Positions 1 to 12,483 of a stretch of DNA of 64,000 bases are shown here, one piece after another. The notes under the pieces are model-generated. The model was not told the DNA's origin. It saw nothing but the letters and a program-made list of their open reading frames with translations, and did no database searches. Positions within the stretch are counted from its first letter, which is position 1. The number at the start of each line of letters is the position of its first letter. The DNA comes from Lingula anatina (taxonomy: Eukaryota; Animalia; Brachiopoda): assembly GCA_051362555.1 (NCBI GenBank), contig CM120640.1, forward strand, positions 58,568,788-58,632,787, in the 5' to 3' direction. The translations under genes and the position numbers were made by a program.

Positions 1-249
1 GATTATGTCCTTAATCTCAGAACTTTCCACCTGGTTATATCATGAACCTCTGTTTTAATCACACTTCATTATGTCATGAAACTCTGTAATCAGAGTATTA
101 TTAGCAGTTTAATTTAATCTAATGTTTAGCTATTTAGTTAGGCATATGCATGTATAAGTATAAAAGTAAATTGGGGAAAAGTATGTAAGATAGACAAAAG
201 AGAGATGAACAGTATGGGAGAGAAATAAACATGAGATAGAAAACGTTAG

Positions 250-372
250 ACTCCTGTTGTTATATTCCCTCTCCCTGGACATCGGGCAAGTAGAAATCAC
301 AACCGGACAACCAAAATTTTTGTCAACTTGTCCGGTGGACAACAACTCCAAAAAAAGTTATGCCAAGCCCTG
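250..372. mobile_element. Terminus of a hAT-like non-autonomous DNA element in a COPB1 intron
   Basis: Ends in ...gttatgccaagccctg (reverse complement CAGGGCTTGGCATAAC, a CAGGG-type terminus) with repeated ggacaac/ttgtcc subterminal motifs. Similarity to the paralogous intron at ~26265 begins only just after 372. Other end not identified. Confidence 0.4.
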
Positions 373-635
373 TCTAGGATGTAAATGCAGCATGCTTTTG
401 AAGTCTTCCACCAAGAACTATTTCACCTTTATGGTAGCAATTTTAACATGCACAGTATTCAAATTTTTTTTTATTTTCAAGTGAAAATGAAAACACTTAT
501 CCCTGTTGATACAAATTCATCTCTGCATTTACCAAGTGTTTGAGATCATGGCCATAGGCTTAGTCAAACTTCTCATTGCAATTACAGTAATTGAAGTTGA
601 TTAAAACAATTGGATACAATGCTTGTTTCTTTCAG

Positions 636-1070
636 GCTTTGGATGGAGAGTGTGGTTTCATGGCTGCTAATATGTATGCTAAATCTATATTTGGAGAGAG
701 TGCTCTTGCCAACATCAGTGTTGAGAAACCAGCTCAGCCTGATGCCCCAGTGACTGGACACATACGAATTAGAGCAAAAAGTCAGGTAAATATATGAGGA
801 ACAATAGAAAACTTTTTTTCATAATTTCATTTCCCTTTTTGGCAATAAACTTATTCTTGCATTTTAAGGCATTTTGTATGTTGAAAATCAACTGTTTTAA
901 CTTATAGATAGTTTCACCCAGTTATATTACCAGAATTTATATCTAAGTTACACATTTTGTTGAAAAAATCATATGCACTGATTTCTTTTCATTTGCAGGG
1001 TATGGCATTGAGTTTAGGAGATAAAATCAACCTTTCACAGAAAAAGCAGCTCAAACCTCAAGGGATGTAG
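636..1070 (+). CDS. COPB1: Coatomer subunit beta, last two coding exons (636-785, 999-1070); gene starts upstream of the window
   Basis: Translates [32 protein letters not shown]...[12 protein letters not shown] | [23 protein letters not shown], the beta-COP C-terminus. AG/GT splice sites intact, AATAAA at ~1147. Confidence 0.93.
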
Positions 1071-1312
1071 AGCAAGATTGAACTGGAAATTTAGCTCTTG
1101 ATAGACTTTGCTACTGAAACCTTATAACATGCATTATCTTCAGTTTAATAAAGACATTGAGTTGATTAAGATTAAGACTAAAATGAGTCAAGTTATATCC
1201 TTATTACGGTTTATGAGTGATTAATTGTGTCTATGGTGTAAGAAAAAAATCTGTAACACATTTATATATGAATTAGATGGTTTGTATTGAATGCTTTGTA
1301 TTACAGTATTGG

Positions 1313-1468
1313 TACCCTCTACCTGATAGATAGATTTTTACGGATATTCACAGATATGTCTCTAGCTAGATAGATTGTCATTTTAAGCTCAAGTCATGAC
1401 AATCTATCTAGCTAGAGACATATCTGTGAATATCTGTAAAAATCTATCAGTCGCCCTGGTAGAGGGTA
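1313..1468. mobile_element. Fold-back MITE with 9-bp TSD (TACCCTCTACC...GGTAGAGGGTA)
   Basis: Near-perfect palindrome flanked by cagtattgg (1304-1312, 1469-1477). The empty site is visible in the paralogous 3' region at ~27202. Confidence 0.85.
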
Positions 1469-1985
1469 CAGTATTGGTATTAGCCTGTAGATAATTAAAT
1501 TACTGAACTTTAAATAGGGACTGGGAACTCAAATTATAATTACTGTTGTGTATGAATGTGTTTATCTTTAAAAATGTTTATCATCTGGACTGGAAATTGT
1601 TTATAGACAAAAACTATGATTACAAAAAATTAAATGTTCATTTTTAAGACTGATGGAGTGTTACATTTTCTTTAGTTATTATTATTACTATTATATGGTT
1701 ATGAGCAGATTTGAGGAGATGTAGGACAATCATCTACTTTTTAAAAGAAAATAAATTTCATGAATGTGGAAAGGCAGAGTATACAAGGAGGTAAAATTGA
1801 GCATAACATTTCTGTAAAATGATATTTCATGTGGCTGTTTAACATTTGTGCTCTTTTATTGTCTTCTGTCAACAGAAAATTTTTCTGAGCAGACCCTTTC
1901 TGATATAAGATTTGTGATACTGAAATAATGAACTCTGCAAAATTCATCCACTGAAAAGGAAGTTGGGGACAGTATCCCAGGAGTT

Positions 1986-2654
1986 CACCCTGAGCTTCAG
2001 AGATAACTTGACACTAACCTCTTCACTATAGCCTATCTTCATCATGTCAAGTTACCTCTGACGAAAATAGTTTGACCTAGTTTGTATAAGCCAATCGAAT
2101 CCAAGTTTCAAAATTTTTCACCAAAGTTTGGTGAAAACGCTGATTGGTTGATCGTCAATCGGCAATCCTCGGCTGATTCTGCAAGCTCCATACTAACAAC
2201 AAAGATATTGTCGAGTGCGGAGACATCCGAGTAGTTCCGAGTGCATAACCGTACACAAAGAAAACATGGCGTCTCCTATGAGTGACTAAATAAAATAATG
2301 TGTTAAGTTATCTCTTGATTCTTTGCAAAATATGAGTATATCGGAATTGAAACCAGAGCAGTTTGAGGCCCTGCATCATTATCTACTAAGGGAAGATGTA
2401 TTTTGCGTGCTGCCCACAGGTTACGGTAAGTCCCTGATATTCAGCCTTATCTTTGATTGGTCTGGATTTGAACAAAGCGCGCTTTGACTTGTTCGCGTTC
2501 ATTGGCTAGATCGTTCAATGAGTCATTGAGTGCGGGCTTTAAATTTGATTGGCGGGCGGCGGGAGCAATCGAATGTGGTCAGAGGTAACTTGACACGATG
2601 AAGATAGGCTATAGTGAAGAGGTTAGTGTCAAGTTATCTCTGAAGCTCGGGGTG
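1986..2654 (+). mobile_element. Non-autonomous TIR transposon with RecQ-like helicase 5' fragment (AcademH-like)
   Basis: ~77-bp TIRs (CACCCTGAGCTTCAGAGATAACTTGACACTAACC...), 8-bp TSD caggagtt, empty site at ~27836. Internal frame 2266-2442 reads MASPMSD*IK*CVKLSLDSLQNMSISELKPEQFEALHHYLLREDVFCVLPTGYGKSLIF (Q motif plus Walker A of RecQ type). Confidence 0.8.
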
Positions 2655-4613
2655 CAGGAGTTACATGTGAAAATATAACATTAAACAGAATTTTGGAAGA
2701 CTACAGTATATACGAACAGAGAAGAAAACAACTATCATGGAACTTGATCATGCAATTCGTCAATTAAATATTTTATCCATTTGCTCCTGTCTCCAGGCTT
2801 CTGATAACCCCATGTATCATAAATGTCTTCTCTTACTTCAGCTCTTGACTAAATGCTAGAAAAACAAATGATGCTACAATATTTCTCTTCAATTCTACAT
2901 TGGACAGCATACTTTCTGCATCACGTATTTTGAGAGTTAAAAATAAACTACATGCTGACAACTTCACATTCATTCTGAAACCAAAGCGATGCTTGACCCT
3001 CCTTCCTATGATCACAGCCACCCCAATTTCATGGTCCCAGAAAAGGACGCAGAAAGGACACCGTCCAGTGTAAAGTGGGTTTAACAAACAGTTACTAAGT
3101 TATTGATATAAGAATGATATTTGAGCTGCAAGAGGCAAGTGGAAAGAATGTTCTCCGTAAATTGCATATCTGAATTCAACACGGACTAGTAAACACACTT
3201 TATAAATGGACTTCTAAAATAGTTTAATCTTATATATATTCAGTTTGCAATGTGAGGCCTGAAATGAAGTCCTAATACTAAGTAAGACAGTTTCATAAGT
3301 TCAAAAGAAAAATATATTGTAGCAGCTGTTTTGGATGGAACTGTAGTACAATATGTATAAGATGAACAATTATTTTTTTACAAGTCATATAATGGACATG
3401 TTCTCTTTGCAGTCAACATGGACAACACAGAGCAGGGGTGTTATACCCTCATCAATATTCCATCTGATTCAGAGCCACCAACCGAAATGAAATTGAAAGA
3501 GGGCCTTGGTAAATAAGAATTGCAAGTTGATTTCAGTTACAGTGTAGTAATTTAGATACAAATCAAACTTTTCTCTGTTGACTAGTTTTAGGGGTAAAAG
3601 TTATTGATTTTGATATGATTTGTTGATAAAATGCTAAAAATGTCTATTTTAGAAAATCGTAATAAATACTTCTGTGTTGGCCTCTGTGTTGGACAAATGT
3701 AATAAATACTTTTTATACTTGTATCAATGAGAATAATTGTATGTGTGCTGTAGCATATGAAATTTAGTGGTGATAACTTTCAATTGAAATGCATAAAAGA
3801 CTCCTGCAAATGCATAAAAGACACCTGCAAATGCATAAAAGACACCTGCCCCCTAAATAAATAGGAACATTTTAAACATTATTTGAATTTTTTAATTTAG
3901 AGAAGAATATATCAGAGAAGAGAGAGACAAAAACCAAGGTAAAACTGATTTTGCAAGGTAAAACTGATTTTGTCCATAGTTTAAGAAGGGAAAGATTTTA
4001 GGAGATATTTTACTACTTTGAAAAATATACACAAAGTATATGGTCCATTTCTCTTCTCATAGCCAATAGGATGAGTCATGAAGTGTTTGTAGTCATAGAT
4101 CACTTTCTCATTTGTAGGATCTCCAGCACCCCAATGAATTTATCAGGGGGTCAACTCTCAGATTCCTCTGTAAGTTGAAAGAACCAGAACTTTTAGAGCC
4201 CCTCATGTCAGCTATATCAGAGCTTGTCTAGACCATAGACACTCTTACGTTAGAAGAAATGCAGTGTTGGCAATTTATACAATCTACAGGTAGGACTGAT
4301 TTTTTCAGTGTGAAAGACTGAAACAAAATGTAGAGATCAAAGTTTTGTGAAATAGATAATTGATGATATTATTTACAAAGTAATAGATTCATTTGAATCC
4401 CTTAAAATGATTTTGTTTCCTATGAAATTTTTGAAAAAAAATATTTTTTTTGTGGAAAAAAAAGAATATTGACATGATTTTTTGTCAATTAAATTAATGT
4501 AAGGGTCTGTGGGTGGGGGCAAAATATTAAAGGAATATACGTATTTTTGGTAGTACCATTTACCTGTTAACAAATTTATCTTCAAAAAAGTTTACTTAGA
4601 GGAGTTCTTCCAA

Positions 4614-4705
4614 TAGCACAAAAATTCATGCATTAGCACTCTTATTAATGGTTCTGATATGTCAGAACCATCAATAGGAGTGCTAATGCATGAATTTTCA
4701 TGCTA
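4614..4705. mobile_element. 92-bp palindromic MITE with 9-bp TSD
   Basis: TAGCA...TGCTA hairpin with ~45-bp arms, flanked by ttcttccaa (4605-4613, 4706-4714). Confidence 0.8.
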
Positions 4706-5392
4706 TTCTTCCAAGTGCTCAGTTTTGTCATTACATCACTTACGGAAAGATGCCATGAGTTCAACCTCCTCTACAACTGCAAGGCCTGTGGATAGGAACA
4801 AAATACTGTTAAGTATCCCATTAAAAAAAAATTTAATGTAATTTTGTAAGCAATTTTGTAAGCAAAGATATTTGACAGGTGTTATGATATGGTTCCTGTC
4901 CCTCAGGACTTGATGGTAAAGTCATTGCATGTAACACATGTATGTTTGACGGTAATTAGTGACAGTTGTGAACATCCAAAATGACTTTCACTTAAATTAA
5001 TAATTGTACTGAATTTCAGTGTAAGTATAATGATTTCCATTAATGAATTAACTAATCTATGGGCTCCGACATGACTCCAGATCCAACTGAGTCTTTCACT
5101 TTCCATGCACAGAGATGCATAACAGAACAACCTCACATCTTCAGTTCCAAATCTTAAGTATGTTTATTATGTACAAAATAAGACTTTATACACATGTTAT
5201 CTACAGGGAATCTATATGCATGCCACTGATTAACATACTTTTTATTATGCAATAGTTAACAGGTAAAGGTTTTTTATTTATCAGATTTAAGATATGCATT
5301 TGTCTCTGGCTTACCTACACAGAGAAAGATAATTATTTTTGCAAGACTAAGGCAAAGTGAATGATAATATGCTGACTGATTCTAATAACAAA

Positions 5393-7122
5393 CTAGAGGA
5401 TCAGAGAGGTGATACCGCCTCCAGATATTGTACCACCAGCTGGAGTAAGCGCATTTGTATGAAAACCCCCCAAAAATGGACACCACCACCAGTCTTGTGC
5501 TTTACAAGCTCTATGAAATGCAATAAACAAGAGTTCTCAAAAAATGCAAAAAAAAAAAATAATAAAAATAAAAGCGAAAAAACATAACTGCAAAAATGGT
5601 CCAATCAAGCAGATTTTTTATTTGACCTGTATTTTCCTAACATTGATCACTCTCGTGATTTTCTAGACAATAGGCCTATTGGTTTTCCTTGAAATGTATT
5701 ATCAGTGTTGCATACATGCTGACAAAAGAGAAAACCTAGGGGCAACACTGGGCATATCTCTGCTAGTTTTGAAGATATGAGGGGCCAGAAAGCATGCAAA
5801 GTGCAGTTCATCATAAAAAGTATGTCAAAGGTCAATTTCAAGGTCACAGATTGCCAGTATATGATTCCTGTTTAAGTTCAATAGTAACTTTGGGCGTATC
5901 TCTGCCAGTTTTTAAGATATAAGGGATAGAAAATTTGCAAAGTTCAGTTCATGGTGAAAAGTAGGTCAAAGGTCAATTTCAAGGTCACAGTAAGGTTGCC
6001 AGTATATGACTTCCTATTCATGTTCAACAGTAAGTATGGACGTATCTCTGCCAGTTTTGGGGATATAAAGGCTGGAAAATTTGCAAAGTTCAGTTCATGG
6101 AGAAAATTAGGTCAAAGGTCAATTCCAGGGTCATAGTTATATTGTCTGTATATCACTTCCTATTTAAGTTCAGTAGTAACTATGGGCGTATCTTTGCAAG
6201 ATATAAAGATTAGAAAACTTTCAAAGTGCAGTTCATCGTGAAAAATAGGTCAAGGTTAATTTTAAGGTCACAGTTAGATTACCAGTATATGACTTCCTAT
6301 TCAAATTCAATAGTTACTATGGGCGTATCTCTGCTAATTTTGGAGTAATTCACATTTCATTTTCACCACTGAATATTGCGATGTTATACTTTTTGATATA
6401 GCGCAACGCCTAAACCGTGTCGAAAACATAAAAAATGGACATCACCTCCAGTATTGCGCTTGACAAGTTCTACAAAATGCTAAAAATAAACAGTCTCTAG
6501 CATTTACATTTCCAGAATTAGAGAGAGTTTTCAGTTTTGGTATCAAATGGCTGATTCTCCCGTAAAAATGCACCGATTGACCCCAAACTCCCAAAGATGG
6601 CAAGAGTCCCTAATTGTAACCCCTCACTATAATATGAGAGATTAGGTCTGTGTGGTTTCTGAAAATTGGCACATAGAAATATTTTTCTTGAAGAAAATTC
6701 CCTTTTTTAGAAAATTTTGGCCTGTTTGACCTTGAAATAAAGGTCAAAAGTAAAATCCAAGGGCATATTTGGAATCTCGTCATATAGGGCAGACTTCTGT
6801 ATTAATTTTTCCCATAATTCCTTCGGTTTGGGAGATATTTAGCATTGAATTTTCAAAAATTTTGACAAGGGTGCATTTCAACGAGCGTCACACCCAGGCC
6901 AATGCATTGACTTATACAAAAATACCAGGGGGTTCAAGTTGAGATGATATGTGACCTAAATCCAAGAGATGGGGACACAGGTCCTTGCGGTCTAGGAGGA
7001 GAAGCGGTAACGGTGACTTGTATCCCATGCCATCCTGCGGAGCCGCAGGAGCCGGTGGAGCTGTACGAGATGGGTCGGGACTAAAACCATGAGTACCGCC
7101 AGCATACAAGCTGGTGGTACTA
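5393..7122 (-). mobile_element. Helentron/HINE-like non-autonomous element, copy A (older subfamily, ~4 internal repeat units)
   Basis: Shares both termini with the copies at 31021, 56460 and 60269: CTAG plus gaggtgataccgcctc hairpin and subTIR ttgtaccaccagc at one end, gtaccgccagc...gctggtggtac palindrome at the other. Degenerate ~146-bp units at ~5800-6340. Confidence 0.8.
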
Positions 7123-7569
7123 ATAAGTAAATAAGTGAGTTTTCCACACACCTTGAATGGCAAAACACTAAGAGTTGGAAAAATGTTTCTTTACTGTACA
7201 TTGCAACTGTCACTGCATAAAATGCCTATACCAATATTGTAATGTCTGACATGTATATAAATTTTACTAATTTGCATATAAAAATGTAACTGATTACTTC
7301 TGTTATTTCTAGTTAAGGTCCTTTGCACAGTAAAGTTAATGACACTGTGCCAGTTATAAAATTACCTTGCAGTTGCATGATTCAGTATTTATATTATTTT
7401 TTTTGGTTCTAATTGTACATAATCACTGCTTCAGTGGCCACATTTTATTGTTTTCAACCTATAATTAAGGCTCTGAAACATTTTATTTCCCTGCAAATCC
7501 ATGCATTTTTGCTTCTGTACAGGTTCTGAAATTTTCTCCATAAATATCAGTACTAACATGTAAAATTTT

Positions 7570-10246
7570 TCACAAATTACAAATCTGACAGTGTGGGTTC
7601 TTAGGAATTCCTTCTGGTCTGGAAGTACCTGTGCTAGGCACACTATCAATTAAATCTCGAAACAGATAAGGCCAAAGGTTGATATTTTCTGTGTAAAAGA
7701 TTTCAACCCAAATATTTTTTGAAGTATAGACATAGCTTGAATGTTCTTCTTCGGCTTTCATGAAAAATAAGTTATTGTAGGGATCAAGTGTAAGAAGTCT
7801 CTCCCTGCAAAATTGGTCTGCCCTTGATCCAGCTAAAGTGAGCACAAGGGTAACATAATGTGCTCTCCTATTGCAGTAAAAGTCAGCAAAATAAAGATTT
7901 GTGTCTGCCACAAACAGTTCAGTTGCAGGGATATTCACTCTCCTTGGACCAAAAAATGACCTGAGAGGAGGAAGTCCTGTCTCCGGGTCAGGGTTAGAGG
8001 CAAAGAACAGTCCATCAAGTTTTCCATTAATTGGTGATCCTTGGTCTCCATTGTAGTCTTTCTTGTATACCGTCATTATTCCATCTTTTTGAAATATGTC
8101 ATTGAAATATTGGACAGTTTTATTTCGATACAAGTAGCTACATTGAATGAGTTGACCACCACGATTCTCTGTTAAAATCGTTGCCCTTTGCAGCAGTTCT
8201 TTCAGTTCTAAGTTACTCAACTCTGCAGAGAGAACATTTAAAGCATGATTTCTGATGAACTGTTATGATGTAAAATTTATTTGTATTTACCAACTTTTAT
8301 TCTGAGGGAAAGATGTTCCAATATCTTTTGATGGAAAAAAATTGACCAAACTTACTTATAGTAACAATCTTTTATGATTGTGCCACATGAGAAGATGATG
8401 ATCTGATACCTGTTGATTGTTATATACATATTTAAAGGAGGGTCCCAATAAAGACACTTTTTATATAAAAATAAGTCTTTTTTATGTACAGACAGTGATG
8501 TGTCTGTACTAGAGCAGTCACCTGCATCTGCTCTCCCTTATGCTACTTACATATTCTTAATCAGGTTACTTTTTGTGCGTAATTAAAATTTGGTGTCGAT
8601 TTTATTGTTAAGCATTATTGTAAAAAAATTGCAAATTGCATCAAAATTGACCAAATAACCTATTTTGTGCATCATAATTTTCTGCTTTTTGTCTGAACTT
8701 TGGCAGTTTTGCTGTCTTGTCTTTGAAAACATATCAACTTAAGATCTGATTTACCTAATTTTAAGCATGAAAATATATTTTTAAGGTATTTTTACATCTC
8801 ACGCTTTCTTAACAGTTTTGAATAATTTCATATAATGAATGGACAAAAAAAAGTATCTTAAAGGCAATGCTTTTGCATGGTCCTTTATTAAGATGAAAAC
8901 CACATTAACAAAAAATAAAGATAAATAAATGAAAAAAAAAGGTAATAAAATGGCCCATCCTAAGTGACTTTTTTGTTTGAATATATATATATATATCTTA
9001 CCTGCACGGAAATTTAATGCACTAAGAGAGTTCTTGTAATCCATTGTGTAGCCTGTAAGTCTATATTCCTCTCCTGGCTTCAGCTTAAATCTTATGATAT
9101 TGCCATCACCAATGACAAGAAGACCCATGCCATTGCAAGGTTTGCTGATATTGACCAAGTCGAGATGAAACCACTTGCTTGAGGGTTTAGGATCTGAGGT
9201 TTGAATTTTCACATAGACATGGCTGGCACCTTTCTCTAGTATCATAAGTTGGTAATGTGATTGTTTAAGCACCAACTGAAAATAATGATAAAACATTATT
9301 TTCCCTTTTTTTCTATTATAATGCCACACTTTTTTATTTTTATGGATGACATCCTGCGTGCGCACCGATTTTCGTCCGTTCTCCAAAAAAAAAAAAAAAA
9401 AAAAAAAAAATCACCCCCCCCTTTCCCAGCAAAAGGGGTGGTTCTTTCTAACCCCCTGGCTACGGGCCCGTCTATTCATGACTTTTTTTTACCTTTCTAC
9501 GAAGTATTCACAATGCTTTAATATTTTGAGAGCATGGATAAAGACATATTGTTAGTTTGATACGTGTTTCTGTGGTAAATTTGTGTTTCCAGCATTGTAC
9601 TGATAGCATTCCTTTACTTAAGCAGCATTTTTTTTTTTTGGACTGTTTTTTTTTTTCGCCCTCTCGCACCGATTTCGGGGTCCCCAGAGGATGTCATCCA
9701 TAAAAATAAAAAAGTGTGGCCTAAGTTGTATTATGATTCTGACATGGATGGTTTCTATGGGACACCACTGGACTTCTTAGTTTACCCGCTTTAAAACACA
9801 AACAATACCTTTTTGAGTATAAATAAAATTTTGTCAACTTATGAAATAGTGACATCTACAGTTTATCACTGAATTTTGTGGTGGTTATTGTATGAATCTG
9901 TTATTTATTGCATCCCCGTAGTAGACACATTGTGCATGAAAAAAAAATTAATTTACCTGTGGTCTTTCACTTCCAAATTTAGATATGTTACTTTTTTCTC
10001 TTCTTTCATTTTTGCAGGTTGAAATATAAGCCTCATAATAGTTTCCAAGTGGGAACCACATTGTGTGTCTGAACTGATCCTTTGAAAGTCTGTGAATAGA
10101 TATTTCACCACTTTGCAATTCAGTTACTGTTAAAAAGAAATGTTGATCAGTTTCACATTTGGTCCATTTAAATATAACTTTCAATGTCTCCTGTTGATTC
10201 ACTTGCAATACACTAAGTTTCAACATTTTCAAAAGTTGATCTCCAC
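7570..10246 (-). CDS. Phytanoyl-CoA hydroxylase-interacting protein-like (PHYHIP/PHYHIPL family); exons 10246-9957, 9275-9002, 8222-7570
   Basis: The last exon has the family motifs YRN, KDYNGDQGSPINGKLDGLFF, NLYFADFYC...HYVTLV, EIFYT and terminal CQICNL. The three exons splice in frame (phases 0 and 1) with canonical sites and no stops. Start is either ATG at ~10226 or in an unidentified upstream exon. Confidence 0.85.
9322..9721. mobile_element. PIF/Harbinger-like MITE in the PHYHIP-like intron
   Basis: ~33-bp TIR gccacacttttttatttttatggatgacatcc / ggatgtcatccataaaaataaaaaagtgtggc, flanked by TAA on both sides. Confidence 0.75.
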
Positions 10247-11190
10247 CTGTAAAGAGAAATAGAAAGTGGGTTTTTGTAACATTGTGTAAAATACAGAATG
10301 TTAGTCCTCTTGTTTAAGAGGTATTTTAATTTTTAATTTTTATGTCTTAAAAGACATCCTGCAGGTTATTTACTAACACTGCCCTTAAAAGCATGGCTTT
10401 AAAGGTTTCTCGTCAGATAGTCAGAATGGCCTGAACTGAGCATATTCTTCAGAAAACATGCCCTACTAATGATATCTTTATCCAAATACACAAATTAAAA
10501 GCTTATTTCGTAAAATTTTGGCTTTGAAATATGCCCTTTTTGCTCGGCCTGGGAGTTAATGAGCTAAGTGGTCTCATGGTCCAATGACGACAAACGTGCC
10601 ACCGGAGGAGATAGCCAAACAGCATGTTTAGCTGGCAAACTGAGCTGCACTGTCTACCTGTAAGATGACTTTTCTGACTCCTGAGTCCATACTCATTCAA
10701 ATCTCTTACTCGAGGGGTCTAAATCCTCGTAAAGCCATGTGAAGCCATTTTCCCGTGTATTCAATTATTTAGCTATCATTTAATTATGGTTATCCCAACT
10801 AGTATTCGAATGACTTGAGGGTACTTTTGATCATTCAATATGAGGTTCATGTTATTTGTGAAATTCATTTCAATTCAATTGCCCCTTACGGCTCATCAGA
10901 ATGAAATGCAGTAAAAAGTCATAAAATTAGCAACAATACAACTACTACTAGTAATGATAAAAACTCATCAGATTGATGTTCTGATGCACCGATGCACATT
11001 TTTCATACTTTCATAAGTTGTTTAACTTTGAAACATTGTTAAGTGATAACAATTTAATTAACTGGAAAACACTTTGCTTTGTGTAATAAATTTTTGGTGT
11101 ATTTCTGCCTAATCGTTCTGTAGCAAAGACATTTTTAAATTCTTAAAATAATAAAATGAAATTCATCCTCGATGTCATCTAAAATACATA

Positions 11191-12483
11191 CTGCTACTAC
11201 TACTACTACTACTACTACTATCTCCTATTACCAATAAAGGTCCTCCACTCCTCTCTGTCTCTCGCTAGACGTTGAATTGTCCCCCAACTTTGGCCCAGTT
11301 GCCCAGTTGTTTCAATTATGCTTCAACTGTCCTCCTCCATGTGGTCTTGGGTCTGCCTCTTTTTCTATGCCCCTCTGGTGTCCAGTACATGGTTACTTTA
11401 GTGGTGGAATTTGAGTCTTTCCTTAGAACATGGCCAATCCATTTCCATATTCTTGTCCTGATGGTTTCACTTATACTTCTCTGGTTGGTTTGCTTTAAAA
11501 GATCATCATTAGATGTAGTCCTTGGCCAGAATGTTTTTAAAATTTTTCTGAGGCTTGAGGTGTGAAAGGTAGACAGCTTCCTGAGATCTTCAGTTATGCA
11601 CCAGCATTCTGAACCATAGAGAAGAGTTGATAGTACACAGCTCTCAAATATATGGAGTTCGGTTTTTATAATATATTGAGCGCATTTCTGAGGCATTTCT
11701 GGCTTTGGTTAGTCTGTTGTTGACATTTCTACTGGTTCCTCCATCTGTGGCTACAATGCTTCCTAGGTATGTAAAGCAGCTGGTGTTATTAAGGATGCAG
11801 CCTTCTACTTCAACTGATGGTGGTGATGTATATTTAATGTCATCACTTCGGTCTTCTTTTTGCTTATCCTAAGCCCAATTTTCTGACTGAAGATGTTAAG
11901 TATGTCAGTCTTCTCTTGTATATGCTGATGTGTGTGGGTCAGTAAAGCAAGAATGTCTGCAAAATTGAGGTCTTCTAGAGTTGAGTATAAAGTCCATCTT
12001 ATTCCTCTTGATGTATCTTCTGTGGTGCACCTCATCACCCGGTCAATTGCTAAATTTAACAAGATGGATGACAGCATACAGCCTTGACACACGTCCGTTT
12101 GGACTTTAAAACTCACATTAGTCTCGCCAACACAACAGCAGAAGTGACTACAAAAGCATCTGATCATCCTAACAATCTTTGCTGGTACTCCGTAATTTCT
12201 AAGGATCTTCCAGAAACTATCTCTATGAATACTGTCAAAAGCTTTTTCAAAATCAATAAAGTTAATAAAGAGCTGTTGTTGCCATTCTGTGCACTGCTCT
12301 ATGTTGTTACGTAGAGCAAATATCTGATCAGTGCACCCCACACCCTTTCTGAAACCAGCTTGTTCTTTTCTGAGCTCTTTGTCTACTGCATCTGATATTC
12401 TTCTGGCTATTATTTGCAAAGTATTTTGCTCAGTATAGACAGAAGCGTTATACCTCTCCAGTTATTGCAGTCCCTGAGTGACC
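11191..12483 (-). mobile_element. 5'-truncated RTE-clade LINE (reverse transcriptase and C-terminal region), frameshifted
   Basis: ORFs with EQAGFRKG, FIDFEKAFDS, QGCMLS, LNFAD, LLYGSECW and RKRGRPKTTWRR. (TAG)n 3' tail at 11191-11220. 15-bp TSD catctaaaatacata at 11176-11190 and 12484-12498. Confidence 0.92.

Noticed and set aside
385-3270. Duplicate of 26265-28270 as an uncollapsed haplotype artefact
   Set aside because: The second copy carries many inactivating lesions and differs by transposon insertions and indels, which is not expected for an allele of an essential gene. Read support is still desirable.
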